Shown here: positions 1 to 13,442 of the stretch, in pieces
How the letters are laid out: the number at the start of each line of letters is the position of its first letter
Numbering within the stretch: position 1 is the first letter of the stretch
Assembly: GCA_951406725.2 (NCBI GenBank)
Contig: OX597818.1
Location: 21,514,001-21,578,000, forward strand
Direction of reading: 5' to 3'
DNA length: 64,000 bases
From: Octopus vulgaris
Lineage: Eukaryota
Translations under genes and position numbers: made by a program
The notes under the pieces: generated by a model
Told to the model about the DNA's origin: nothing
What the model saw: the letters and a program-made list of their open reading frames with translations, nothing else
The model's database searches: none

Positions 1-480
1 GACCATGGATGAAGACCTTAGTTGCCTGTTCCACTGGAACTGCATAGTCTGTGGCTGAACAGTCTGATGCACAAATGGTTAGTCTCTGCCACACAAGCTG
101 CACTTGAGTTGTTGTGTCCTTTTCCATCTTTCTAGTATCGGGTATTCAATAGAATCCAAGCCTATGTAGTAGTATGGAGGATAAGTTGTTGCCAATGCAG
201 CATGTCCCCCACTATCCACGTCAATGATGGCTCCGAAGGAACAGCACAGCCATTACAATTTGGCATCAGTGTCATTGTAGGAGTTGCCTGAATGAGGTTG
301 TAGACAATGTCAAACTGTCTCAGGGGGCCCCAACTCTCAATTTTTCTTCAGGATTTACTCCCAAAGCCTTTCCCATGGCTGGGTATGGTTACAAGGCAGC
401 AAAGGTTTGCAATAAGAGTCTTCCTCTTGATGGGTTGCTCCCTTTTCCCATACTAATGAACTCCATCTATCCAAGTGACA
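1..480 (-). mobile_element. Probable 5' UTR fragment of an RTE-clade LINE
   Basis: Minus strand reads gcaacccatcaagaggaagactct...gctgccttgtaaccatacccagccatgggaaaggctttgggagtaaatcctgaag, which resembles RTE 5' UTRs as I recall them. No ORF support. Confidence 0.4.
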
Positions 481-1099
481 TGCTAATTAACCCATAGCTG
501 GAATCTTGACTACTTTGACTACTGTGCTTAAGAGGTGGTCTTACAACCTTCCTTGCTATTCCTGGACCAGGGTTCCACTAATGTATACAGTTTTAAGTCA
601 TATCCACAGTAAGAACACCATCCACCAAACAACAATATTGATATATAATCCATAAAAATACACGACTTTACAGAAAAAATAAAACTGATAGCAACAACAA
701 TAATAAAAATAGGGAGTACCATTGTTATTTCCTTTCCCAACGTCGTAAATTTGTGCATACCTTAAAAATAAAAGCTTCACACAAAAATGTTTGTAAAAAT
801 ATCACAAAAATCTAAAAATTCTGCAACATAACATTAATGGTATTAAAAACATTTTTATGGAACAGCAATATTTAATCACGAATCCCAGGATTTATGTAGC
901 AACAATTCAAGAAATATTTTAACTCTTAGAGCACAGAACATCCTTCATTCCATATTATATTCAGATCAAACTAGACAGCTCCATTTACTAAGAAAAGTGG
1001 TATTATAAAAACATAAAACTTTGCTTTTGTAAAATAATAAACAAAATTGTACTAAATACAGACTCTCCAAGACAAAGTCAACAACACAAGGAGCACTAC

Positions 1100-2870
1100 T
1101 ACCACTTACTTTAACCCTCTGACTAGGTTACACACCTCAAATCAAAACCTTGATATACAAACACAATCATTGGGAAAACTTCAAGGCACTCAACATTGCC
1201 TGGTTTTTAAATAATACAGATAATAAACTCATCAGAAACAATCCACACCAACATACAGATATCTCTCCAAATTCACTATAATAATTTTTCTCCAGATATC
1301 GCTTTCTGATTCAAACACCTAAATACCACCACTACTTGGTAAACAATTCTTTAAACTTCCCTTGGACCACATCAATAAAAAAAGTATAAGAAAATAACAG
1401 AGTAAGTTCCGCCAAGAAACGGAATCAAAGTTTTCAGAATTCAGCAATAAAAATATCATCAACCCAAGCACAGCACAGACTTTCAACAAAATAATTATAG
1501 ACACATTTAAAAAAAATAAAGATTATTTAGAGTACTGTTATTGAATGTCTCTCATTGAGAGATTTAGAAACAATAACATCTAAAAAAGTTTTCTCGTTAT
1601 ACATTAAAAAAAAGCAACCTTAATTACAAACCAGAAGTAGCTAACCTCATGAACATCAGAAAATCTCAAATTACACCAAAACCACACACTACCAATGTAA
1701 AACTCAGCATCAAACTACTAAACAAGGAAATAACAATAAAAAATCTGGCAAATATTTGTATTCAATATAAATGACAAAACTGCCAGTATAACACTACATG
1801 GGATAATTGTCTCCCTCATCAACAAAACAATGATTACATTAGAGCCATCTTAGCAGAATTATTGGCCCCTAAGCTGGTCTCTATAGTACTTATTCATTAA
1901 TAACAAGCCACAGTACACACATATAGAATTAGGCCCCTACACTCTGAGGCCTCCAAGCAATTGCCAAGGGTGCCCATCCTTTAAGTTGGTATAACACCAC
2001 ATCTCATATTACAATAATCATCACAAATAATATACCCATACTGTAACACCAAGCAAACACCCTTATCAGGCATTTTTAGAAACTCAGCTACCAAAAATTC
2101 CACAAAGAAGATAACACAAAATGAAAATATACACTATCCATCTATATCATAATTTTGACCCTTTCCTTCCTTTCAGGGATTTTAATAAGAATATGGAAAT
2201 CTAAAAATTCAAAAGCTTTAAAGCTAGACAAGATTACAAACATACATCTCAAATACATAGGTCTTGAAGAAATTACTACACTCAACATCTATGACTAACA
2301 ACTACTCTTATCAAAAGTGTCAAATAACTAGATTGGGAGTTGGGCAAAATTACAAATTTGAAATCCAACAAAATCTTCAATGAAGTAACATACAATCTCA
2401 CCACCCTCTTATATACACTTTCAAAAATTCCAGAAAGGCTAGTCCTTGACATCACTGAACATAATCTTTCTCTCAAAGTCCCAATCTAGATTCAGATTAT
2501 CACATACAGCCACCACAATATTCTCAAGTCTAAAATGGGAAAATACAAGATGACTTCAACAATAACCCCAACCATACCATTTTAGCAATAATCAAGGCTT
2601 TTGACTTTTATTCCTTGCTATCAACTCATACAAAAATATTCAATACCACCTTAAGAAATAACACAAAATTTTGTCAACCAGGTCACCAAACAAACTGTAC
2701 AAGAGAAACATTCTCAGAACCAGCAGTTTTCTGAATGGAGTACCACAGAGTCTTCCACTGTTCCACTCTTTTTTACACATAAAAAGGGCTATGCCTACAT
2801 AATCTTTCCACCTCCACAAAATATAGTTTCATACACAGATATCACACTTACATCTTCCCACTAGTTTCCA
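1100..2870 (+). mobile_element. Highly decayed non-LTR retrotransposon ORF2 (Jockey/I/CR1-group-like RT)
   Basis: A/C-rich strand carries collinear, frameshifted RT motif remnants: SKIPERL (~2420), QSRFR (~2482), KAFD (~2594), GVPQS (~2738) and YTD-IT (YADD-like, ~2832). Confidence 0.55.
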
Positions 2871-2884
2871 GAAAAACTATTTAA

Positions 2885-3102
2885 TCCTTTAGCATTTAAC
2901 CTGGTTATATCTGGCCAAAACATTCTGTGTTTTATGTTCAAACTGACCAAATCTGGCCTCTCACACTTACCCTTCAATATTATTCCAAAAATAAATACTC
3001 ACGTCATTAAAATTTCAAGACTACAAGATAATGCATGACTAATTCAAATCAATGTGAAGGAATAAGTATTACACTTGACAGAGTGATCTGAATGCTAAAA
3101 GG
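2885..3102. mobile_element. piggyBac-type MITE
   Basis: TTAA at 2881-2884 and 3103-3106 flanks inverted ends tcctttagcatt / aatgctaaaagg. Related ends occur near 42465-42494 and ~59140. Confidence 0.7.
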
Positions 3103-3453
3103 TTAAATCAATGAGAAACCTGCTTCCACAATGATACACTGTGTGTCAGGTGATTGTCACTCTGGATACCTTTAAGATAGTATGTTTGTGCTACATTTTC
3201 ATTTAAAAAAAAAATATTTACTTTACAAAATAAGGTATGATTCCTTGTTTCTGGAAATTGGTTATTTAAAAATATATATATCAGTAGAAATTGCTTATTA
3301 TGTAAAATAAAATTTAAAAAAGAAAACAATTAAAAACATATAAACTAGACATTTCTAGGCAACCATTTTAAAATTATCTTTGTTTTTGAAGTTAAATTTT
3401 CAGTTACTTTTTTTCTTAATGTTATTTTAAAAATATTTTTTTTTGCAGAATAC

Positions 3454-3550
3454 CTAAAAATGTTATTCAGATGATACATCTTCGTTCGTGTTATTCACGG
3501 TCATATGTCTAAGCTTCGTATTATCATTCCAATATTGGAAACGATATCAG
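3454..3550 (-). other. Candidate exon of an unidentified host gene (5' UTR plus possible start, MYHLNNIF)
   Basis: Minus-strand acceptor acctcccccacctcag and donor TTTAG|gtattc, with CpGs locally retained. A plus-strand alternative also exists, so the call is ambiguous. Confidence 0.2.
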
Positions 3551-4290
3551 CTGAGGTGGGGGAGGTGTCAAGGTAGTGGATATGGTTGGTTATGGAAGTG
3601 ATGTGTGCTGCTCTTATTTAATTATAACCATTCATATGATAAAGATGTCAAAAGTATTCAATATTTTCCCCTGTATGCATGTATATCACACTATGTGTGT
3701 GTTTGTAGTATGCACTGTATGTGTAATATGAGGTTTGTGAGTGTGTTGTGTTGTATATGTATGTATATTAATGCAATGTAGTGCTATTCAGTGTATAAAT
3801 ACACTGTGTCTGTGTCAACATGTCATGATATTAAGTATGGAAAATACAGTGTTTACAAATGTAGTATCAGGTTATATAACTGTGTGAATGTGTGCAAATG
3901 CATTGCAATATGGTGTGTATATATGTGATATCAGGTATGTATGTAGTGTGTGTATGGTATAATTTATATTTAAGTGCATTATTGGCTGTCTGAGTAATTT
4001 GTGATCTGTGGAAGGCATACAATGAAGTGAATAGGTGATAATGGTTTTGTGTGTGTGTGTATATCCTTGTGTACATATGTGTGCAAAATACATGTGCTGT
4101 ACTGTACACCAAAAAGCTTGTTAATATAAGTATGAATGTGTAAGTGTCTATACACATGAAAGTATATGTATGCAAAAATGGAGGTTTATGACATGAAATC
4201 TGATAATAAGAACTTGTGAGAATTATAATTCTAATTAATTAGTGAGATGATTTGGTAGAAAAACATGATTTTACTTTTAGAATGTTAGAG

Positions 4291-4292
<2 letters not shown>

Positions 4293-4345
<53 letters not shown>
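4293..4345. repeat. (TA)n(CA)n microsatellite
   Basis: Seen directly. Similar tracts at ~7584, 13372, 24306, 25450, 47889 and 49325. Confidence 0.95.
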
Positions 4346-4499
4346 TGCAGGTGGTGTGTGCAAAAGTAGATATACAGTAAGTATCACATCAATGTTATAA
4401 TACTTAGTTCATTAAAATTATTAGCACATTAAATTAGACTCATTTTTGATATTTTTAGTGTCATTAATAATACATTTATTGTAACTATAACAATACTTT

Positions 4500-4675
4500 T
4501 ATTCTATCAGTCTCTTTTGCCGAACTGCTAAGTTTCCATTTACCAAATCCCATCATAAGGCTTTGGTCAGCCTGAGGCTATAGTAGAAGACACTTGCCCA
4601 AAGTGCCATGCAGTGGGATTGAACCCAGAACCATGTGGTTGGGAAGCAAACTTCTTACCACACAGCCATGCCTGC
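4500..4675 (-). mobile_element. tRNA-derived SINE family A (CORE-like), internally deleted copy
   Basis: Minus strand has ggcatggctgtgtggtaagaag (A box), ggttcaatccc (B box) and tttgggcaagtgtcttc. Matches the copy at 49118-49540. Confidence 0.8.
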
Positions 4676-5644
4676 ATATATCATAAGGTACATTGAAAGA
4701 TTACATAAGATCAATGTTCTTATCAAAAGACAAAAACATATGATATGGAAAACAAAATGAAACCTTTAGTGATATGCTATTATTATACTTGTTTCTGTTG
4801 AGTTTATTTTCTGATGATATAAAATTTGTTTACACAAACTGCATATTTTTTTTGAAGTAGTGGTGGTGTTTAGGTGGAAGTATAAATGCTGACAAAATTT
4901 CCTTTTACTTTTCACGTGTTTGATATACAATATATAAAGATTTTAACATACTCTCTCTCTCTTTTACTCTTTTACTTGTTTCAGTCATTTGACTGCGGCC
5001 ATGCTGGAGCACCGCATGCATACAGACAAAATTGGAGCAGGCATGTGGCAGTCCACAGTTTCATAAAAAGGGAAGAAATTAACCTATGGTGATAGTGTAC
5101 AAGAAGAGTTATTAACTGTTTTGGGCCTTAACAAAATGATAAAATGTGTGTATGTGAGCATGTATAAAGTCTCATATATTGAATTTAAAAATTCCTTGGT
5201 ACATTACATCATTTTGGGATTAGAAACAAATTTTTTTTATAAGACTAATGCATATATGCATGCATGCATGCATATGTGCACATGCAGATTAATGCCCATA
5301 TTATACATATGACTGCATGTATTCTATATATGTACATACATATGCATATTTTATTTTTTTTAAAATTTCATCTAGTTTAAGCTCACGAGCTGTGGCCATG
5401 CTGGGGCACCACCATTTTATATACACCCACATATATATTTGCATATATATCACACATACACACACATATCTATTATACATAATATAATAAAAAACAGACA
5501 CACTTTTATACATCATTTATGTAGTTATCTAGGGATCACTATCAAGGTTGTATTTATTAAGGTTTTAGAATTCCAAGCAATGCAGCAGAAAATATAAACA
5601 TCACATATATACAGCAACAATCCATACAATAATTAGTCACAATT

Positions 5645-5985
5645 CTTTTTACTATAGGGCCAAGACCTGAAATTGTTTACAAAGCTGGGCAGTTGATTAC
5701 ATTGACCACAGTACTCTACTGGTACTTATTCTACTGACTCTGAAAGGATGAAAGACAAAGTTGACCTCAGAACGTAAAACCAAAGAAATCCTGCTAGGCA
5801 TTAGAAACAAGGTTAGTAATTTTGAGGGCAGTTTTTTGACACTTAACTGCTATTTTATTTTATCGACCCTAGAGGAATGAAAAGCAAAGCTGAAGTGGAA
5901 GGAACTGAATTCAATGTGAAGAAAAAACCAGAAATATTGTAATGCATTTTCCCCAATGTTCTAGTGATTCTGCCAGCAGCTCACT
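5645..5985 (-). mobile_element. Decayed SINE family B (Meta/MESC-like) copies
   Basis: Contains ttgattacattgacc...ctggtacttatt...gaaaggatgaaagacaaagttgacctc, a CpG-decayed version of 10855-11089. Confidence 0.6.
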
Positions 5986-8900
5986 GTTGCTAAAAGTATA
6001 ATTAATGAGGGACATTATAAGGAATTTTTTTTTTAAATTGCAGGAAGTCTGCACATGATCACTTGTGAAAACATTGAAAACAAAATATACAAAAGGAATG
6101 AAATGAGATGCCCCAATAAAAAGGACAGCCACCTAGAGCCAATCTAGGAACCCCACAGACCTAACATTACCCTAAACTGCCAAGGGTGTCTTCTTGCACC
6201 TTTCTTCTCAGGCCTACAAGTGCATGCTAACTAGGCTCATTTGTGAAGGCCATTCCTACTTGTCTCATACTTTTCAACAAATCCACAGTAAATACAATCC
6301 TTCATTACCCAAATCAAAACTTAGCCACATAGGTGGTGGTCTTTCAGTGTTGTTCCTTATAGAATTGTTTATTCATGGCACCAGGTAGAGAAATATTGCT
6401 TGCTCTTCCTGTTCAAAGGAAGACAGCACAGGGATCAACAATAATAATGAACAGACAAGGAAACCAATATATGATTACTCAATCTGCTAGAAATAGCAAC
6501 CAGGAAAATGTGCAAATAACACTGTAGTCTTACCTATGCCTAAAAAGAGAGGACAATCAATATCCTTGCTGAATCAGGGTTGGTGGCTCAACATTATTTC
6601 TTACATAAGTTTTAATGAGCAGTGATAGAAACAACAGCGTTAAATTAGATGTCACATGGTATTTAGTTTGACCTCTCTATATTTTGGTTAAAATCTCTAC
6701 GTGTAAACTAAACCTGCTAGAAATTGTTAAAAAGAAGGAAGGATGTGTTAGAAAAACGTAGTCTCTGATACTCTTAAAAATACGGGAACACACTTGCTCA
6801 GTCAGTGATTGCCTGGAACTAAACGTACCAGAAATATATTCAAGTCTTTCACTAATTATTACTCGTCTTAGCCATAGGGAATCAATTCTTATAATTTTTT
6901 AACGCAGCAATAAAACTTCAGATTTATTAGAACAGACGACATAAACCAAAAGTTATGACATTCATGCCTACTCCAATGGTAATAACTGATAATAGGGATT
7001 CCTTACAGTGGCACGTCATAAATTCCCAAGAGGTGAGCGTAATTAACTGAATTGGTATTTAGTACACGGGACTGTTACCTATTTGATTGGCCCTAGAAGT
7101 GAAATAAAAAGTCGATTCCAGCAGGATTTGAACTCAGACAATGGAGGGATGAAACCAAACAGTTTATCATGTAATATAATTCATTGAATGGGATAAACTA
7201 GTTTGTTGTGAAGAAGAGAAATTTAACGTTTCGGTCTCACTTCTTTGTCCGAGAAAGAAGCGTTTTCTTTTCGAATTTACAGTTTCGATAGTAAATATAT
7301 AATCCAGTGCTCTCCGTTTAGATAGATACTTCTTTTAATCGAAATTCTTTCTTGCCATTGTCTCGAAAATTTTTAAGAGAGAAAGATATAGATTTTGAAT
7401 CTGAATGCAAGACTGGTATCTAATTTTCTCGACTCCAGAGATATGCCAGGTAAAGGATTTCTTTAATTGCAATGAGAGCATAAAACAGAACACGTAACAA
7501 TACTTATGAAAAATAAATGACTGAAACGATAGAAACGGTTTTACATGGAAAACATGAAAAAGAATGTACACGAGCACGCACGCACACACACACACACACA
7601 CACACGAACCAATGAGGGAGCTTCTACAATACAAGGTCCCTAAACCTGTTAGAAACGGCACTAAATCTCTTTATAAAAAATCATATCCTAACGTCCTAAG
7701 AAAAAGAAGGGCGCATATAATGGTTAATGTAGTGATAGGCACTATATGTCTGAAGAATAAAAGACATGACTGGAGAAAATTTGGTTACAGGTGCACTTGG
7801 GACTAAGCAACAACCTCAAAAACAACACAATGTAAATAATGAATAAAACTAATAATGAAAACGGAAGAGAGAACTTGATGAATGAAGAAATTTGGAGGGT
7901 TCGTTCGAAAGTCCGGTGGAGACTTGTAGAAATAACACCTCGGTAGAATATTCCCGAATTTATTATCCTCATTATTATATAGTTTTGTTGTTGGGCTCAC
8001 GGTTATTATATGGTGATATTAGAAATACTGTGTAGTTTTCAAGCTACAATAAATTCTGAATGAATAAGAACAAGCTAGAAACGGCTTCATTTTTTTTAGC
8101 AGTTCTCTCAAATGAATGAACGAATGAATGAATGAATGACGATAAATTGATTGCTATTACAGGCATTGACTATCATACATTAATTTTCTGTTTTACTTGG
8201 TAAACTATTCAAAGGACTGAATTTGAAATCTATCTATCTATCTATCTATAATGTTGCTGAAGACTTGATTTTTGGATTCGGTAGTGCTATTCACGACTGT
8301 TAACTCATCTTCAACATTCTCTGAGAGTATCATTTTTGTTTTCCCTTTCGGAAAACTAATACATTGAAAAAATAGGTGATAAACTTCTCAATCAAATCTA
8401 TAATTAATGAAACTAATTGGTATTTCACCATGTGATAAGAAGAACAACGAAGTAAGAAAAAAAAAAGAACTCGTAATTTTGGATTTCACATCATCTCCCG
8501 CCAATAGTAAAGTATGACTGGATAAGGATTTAAAATAAATTTAACAAATAAGTAAACCAAAACCAACATCAAAACCCCCTTAATGTGATCGAAATTAGGA
8601 AATTAAAAATGAAAAGATATTCTTTTAAAGCATAAAATGAAAGTTACAACATAACATAGAATGTTAATAGAACGAATTGTTTTCGATACAGCTGATGTCC
8701 TGTTATTTTCTTCAACCACTTATACCTTGAAATACAATCGTTTTCTTTAAAAGAAGGCGTGTCATTTAAGGATGCTGGTTTGTTTAGCCACCTACCTTAT
8801 CTTAACGAAAGCTATTAATTAATTAATTTCTTTTTTTTAAATCATTCTTTAAAACCCCAGCTGAGGTGATTCACAACTCTCAATCGCAATATCTTTTTTT

Positions 8901-10654
8901 CCGAGTCTGACTAAATAAAACCTACAAAAATAATAGCATTGAAAAATAAGCGTTTGATATTTAATTACTATTAAATAGGGGTTCGTAAGGAACTGACAAG
9001 TGATATTTATTACTAGGAAGATCGCTGAAGTAAAACCGAAGACTATGTCTTTGGTGATGCAACACATCTTTATTAACTACTAGCACATTCTGTCAAAATC
9101 GCCTTTATCTTTTATCTACTCCTCGATTAAATAAGAGTCAAATACCAGGTCAATTCAAACTATTATACCTTTTCCCTAAAATTGATAATCTTTTGTCAAA
9201 TCATTATATTTGTAATAATCAATCCGATATCGTTACCTATGGAAGCAAAAGACACTATGTAGATAGGAAAAAAATTGAAACTGTATTTAGATAAGACTCG
9301 ACTTACCCACTTCTTCCATTGTATACTAATGATCATGTGTTCCTCAAGCAGACAGATAAATCAAATGTCTTATTGGTAAACAAATTAACTAAATAATGGG
9401 TTCAACTTCAGAGACATGCAAGGTATTAAGTATTTCAGAATCTGATGAACAAGTTGACATGTGAATACCGGAAGCAAAATACTTTACCGCAACACACACA
9501 TATTACATACACAGAGATTTGTATTCATACGCCTGATTCTTCCGCAAACTTGCACTAAAGTCCTTGCAACTTTTTTCTTCATTTCAGACAGTTTGTTAAA
9601 GTTTGCGTAATAAAAGTTATTTTAATGATGATTTTTTGAAAAAATTGTTTTAAATTCTGTCATTATTGCTTTGCAAAAACAACCACCTGGGGATTTGCGA
9701 CTCTAAAGGGGAGTCGGAAACTGAAAGAAGAATCAGTATAAATTTAATATAAATATAAAGCTTTAAAAAAAGAGAAAAATGAAAGAAAAAGATAATAAAA
9801 GAAGAACAAAATTGAATGAAATTTGGTTATTAGATATCACTGGTAAGGTTAGCTTTAATTAAGGCAGACAAGCTCAGCCAGTTGCTTGCTGAACACAAAA
9901 TTTTGATGCAGACGACCATAACTAACATTTCTCCTAGTTGACACTGTTTAGTCCAGCTCATGGCGGGATAAGGGAAGCATGTTTATTGTAGTTTTGCCGG
10001 GTTGTTTTCCACGTTGATTACTTCTTTCGAAAATTCATTCATATATATACTGGAAAAAGCGAGAGAGATAACTCCCTAAAAAACAAACGACGACCGAAAT
10101 TATTTTCTTTTTTGCCCAAAGTTAAGGTAAAACTTCTTTTAATTTATTTTATTTTACTTTCTATATCATTCAAATCTTTTCCTTCTAATTTCTCTTTAAG
10201 AGAAGAAAAACAAAACAGACTTTTCCTTTGAAACAAGGTAAAATAAAAGAAGATTCTAACAATTTATGTGCTATGTTTTTTAAAGAACACGAAAATGGAA
10301 AAAAGTTTTTTTTCTTTTTGGTTTTCTTTCATTATTCTGCGGTTTATCTTATGAAGCTGAATGAATATCAGTAATTCACCGATTTTGATTATTTTTTTTT
10401 AAAAGAGCGAAAAGCAAAAAGAAACAAAAATAATAAACTTTTTTCTGTCTCCTCTTCCAAACAAAAACTGATATTTCTGTTCAGATGCTCAAGTATTTGT
10501 ATTTAGTGTTTTGCCTGTTTTCCAAGTTGAAATCTCTTCTGGATGTAGATGAAGTCGATCAGTAACATATATTGATTATTAGTATGACTAACCCTCTTCA
10601 TGCTGAAGAAATTTCATCGAGTAGTTCGTGAAGTAACCCCCAGCAATATTTACC

Positions 10655-10796
10655 TATTTCTTTATTACCCACAAGGGGCTAAACATAGAGGACAAACATG
10701 GACAGACATAGGTATTAAGTCGATTATATCGACCCCAGTGCTTAACTGGTACTTAATTTATCGACCCCGAAAGGATGAAAGGCCAAGTCGACCTCA
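10655..10796 (-). mobile_element. SINE family B, 5'-truncated
   Basis: Same tail and central domain as 10855-11089. Confidence 0.85.
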
Positions 10797-10854
10797 CCTT
10801 GATTAACATTCTACATTTAGAGAGGAAATTCTACGAAGGTGGTGGTATAAAATA

Positions 10855-11089
10855 TATTTCTTTACTGCCCACAAGGGGCTAAACATAGAGGGGACAAACA
10901 AGGACAGACAAAGGGATTAAGTCGATTACATCGACCCCAGTTGGAAACTGGTACTTTATTTATCGACCCCGAAAGGATGAAAGGCAAAGTCGACCTCGGC
11001 GGAATTTGAACTCAGACCGTAACGGCAGACGAAATACGGCTACGCATTTCGCCCGGCGTGCTAACTTTTCTGCCAGCTCGCCGCCTTTA
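10855..11089 (-). mobile_element. Full-length tRNA-derived SINE family B (Meta/MESC-like central domain)
   Basis: Head ggcggcgagctggcagaaa, B box gagttcaaattcc, central gcctttcatcctttcggggtcgataaa..agtaccag. 15-bp TSD tggtggtataaaata at 10840-10854 and 11090-11104. Confidence 0.92.
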
Positions 11090-11834
11090 TGGTGGTATAA
11101 AATAACCAGTGAATACATGGTTGATTATCTATATTCTGAGAAGAATCGCATTGTAGTGAATAGATTAAATAACGATCAGTAATATACTGAATATTATTAC
11201 TGTCGCTAATCTACATTCTGAGAGGAAATTCCACCAGGGTGTCTATGGAATTACAAGTAATGCACTAAATATACTCTTGCTAACCCTTTACATTCTGAGA
11301 AGTATTTTACCCCCAAACCCCGTGCATTGAAGTAGTCATAACCACCAGCAATATTACTTTGACAATTTCAATCAATTTTATTCCCTCCTTTCGTTATACA
11401 AAGAGAAAACAAAAGTGGCGACCTTGTTTCTTTATTCCTGAGAAATCAATACAAACCTCCACTCGCTTCAAATGTAGTTACTTATTGTTGAATTGGTTTG
11501 TCTGAGTTAAAGCATATTTATCAAATGTAGCTGCTAATATATATCTCGTCTCCATTACCCTACTTACTTTTTTGAAACCTCCCAGCACCTGTGGCTGACA
11601 ATTTTCTTACAACGATGTAGAAAGGGGCGAGGTAAGGCTTCAATAAACGGGATAGTGAAAACTACTTTATACAGGGCAATGCTATATCGTTATTTCACCC
11701 AGGATAATATTTGGTAATATTGTGAGTATAAACGAAAAAATAACAATCCAAAACTTTACGCGCACACGCACAAATTCCTGGAATCGTTGAAAAGTTAAAT
11801 TATTTACCAAATTTGATTCCTCTCCCATAATATA

Positions 11835-12065
11835 TATATAAAGTTAACTGATATAAGTATAAAGTTAACTGATAATTGTATGTATAAAGTTAACAAATAA
11901 TTGTATATATAAAGTTAACAGTTATATAAAATTAGCGGATAATTATATATGTAAAGTTAATAATCATATATATTTAAAGTTAACAGATAATTATGTATTT
12001 GTGAAAAGATAATTTATATATATATACATATAACTTTCATATCTTTCTGTTAACTTTTCACATAT
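11835..12065. repeat. AT-rich minisatellite (~25-bp unit tataaagttaac.gataattg) followed by inverted units
   Basis: About 7 degenerate direct copies, then taacttt/gttaactttt in the opposite orientation. Confidence 0.75.
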
Positions 12066-12291
12066 AAAGAGAAAAAAAACAAAGTTAAAAGAATAATCGT
12101 ATGTGTGTGTGCCATTTATCTTTTAACTTTCCATTCATTTAGTACAGTCATTTCAAATATAATTCATGTGATACTACAAACAGCATAAGGGGGAAAAGAA
12201 ACTCTATGGGTCTAGTCTGCTGCTAGGAATTTCAGTTTTGGGGTATAGAGGGAAAAAAGAATGTGTGTGTGTGTATATATATATATATATA

Positions 12292-12678
12292 CTAGCAGTA
12301 TCGCCCGGCGTTGCTCGGGTTTGTTTCGACCCGCTGGAATTGGAATTTTTGAAAAGTAAAAATTTTGCATTATGCAGCTTGTTATTCTCTTCAAGTGAAC
12401 ATTTTTCTGGTTGAAATACATCGAAAAGTGGCGACACAGCAGTGAAAAAATCGTAAAAATAGGGATTTTCATAGGAAAAAGCACCTTTTTGATGTAAATA
12501 ATTTTTGGTGTTAACATGGTCCGATTTGAATTTTATCTTCTACGGAAGGAAGAGCAACCCTTCTATCATACTCTCAATTTTGATCAACTTGTGCCGCAGG
12601 GTCTCGGAGGAGATAGTGTTAGTTGAAGGCTACCAAACCTGGCGCACACAGACAACTTCAGCTTTATATAGAGAGAGA
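12292..12678 (-). mobile_element. Non-autonomous Helitron (387 bp)
   Basis: Minus strand reads A|TC...CTAG|T with no TSD. GC-rich subterminal hairpin cccggcgttgctcggg at 12304-12319, just inside the CTAG end. Confidence 0.85.
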
Positions 12679-12859
12679 TAACACACACGCATTAATACAC
12701 ATACATACACACACACACACACACATCTATGGATGTATGTATGTATATATGTACATCTGTCCACTTCTTGCCATATTTTTATCCTTCACTCCCTACACAC
12801 ACACACACACACAGCTTCTTAGCTTACAATTTTCTTTTAACAATTGACACTGTCATATA

Positions 12860-13057
12860 TGTTTCTTTATTACCCACAAGGGGCTAAACATAGAGGGGAC
12901 AAACAAAGGGATGAAGTCGATTATATCGACCCCAGTACGTAACTGGTACTTAATTTATCGACCCCGAAAGGATAAAAGGCAAAGTCGACCTCGGCGGAAT
13001 TTGAACTCAGAACGTAGCGGCAGACGAAATACGGTTACGCATTTCGCCCGGCGTGCT
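12860..13057 (-). mobile_element. SINE family B copy
   Basis: Closely similar to 10855-11089, with CpGs intact. Confidence 0.9.
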
Positions 13058-13360
13058 ATGTCATATATGTATATGTTTGCGTGTCTATGTGTGTAAAGAG
13101 AAAGTGTGCTAACAGGCGGAGTAAAGCCTTTGAAGTGAGAGAGGGAAATCGTAAAATAATGAGTTTTTTCAAATTTTTGCGTAATTGGGGGTCAAATTGA
13201 AAGAAATTTATATGCCATGACCGAATCGAATTTACTTCGAAAAATCATAGGTAAATTCTAATTGAAGAAATTCTATATTGTAGAATTGTATTAAAAAGGA
13301 ACATGGGAACAGGCAGAGAAAATCTGCCTTTTATCATAAGAGAGAAGAGATATAACCCCC

Positions 13361-13397
<37 letters not shown>

Positions 13398-13399
13398 CT

Positions 13400-13442
<43 letters not shown>

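Noticed and set aside
3867-5516. ORFs rich in HTHT/YIYI/CVCV (also at 7335-7806, 12204-13457, 34727, 44270-44595, 49306)
   Set aside because: Microsatellite translations.
7220-7270. Minus-strand hairpin plus gaccgaaacgtta resembling the 3' half of a hammerhead
   Set aside because: No CUGANGA core or stem I partner is present upstream.
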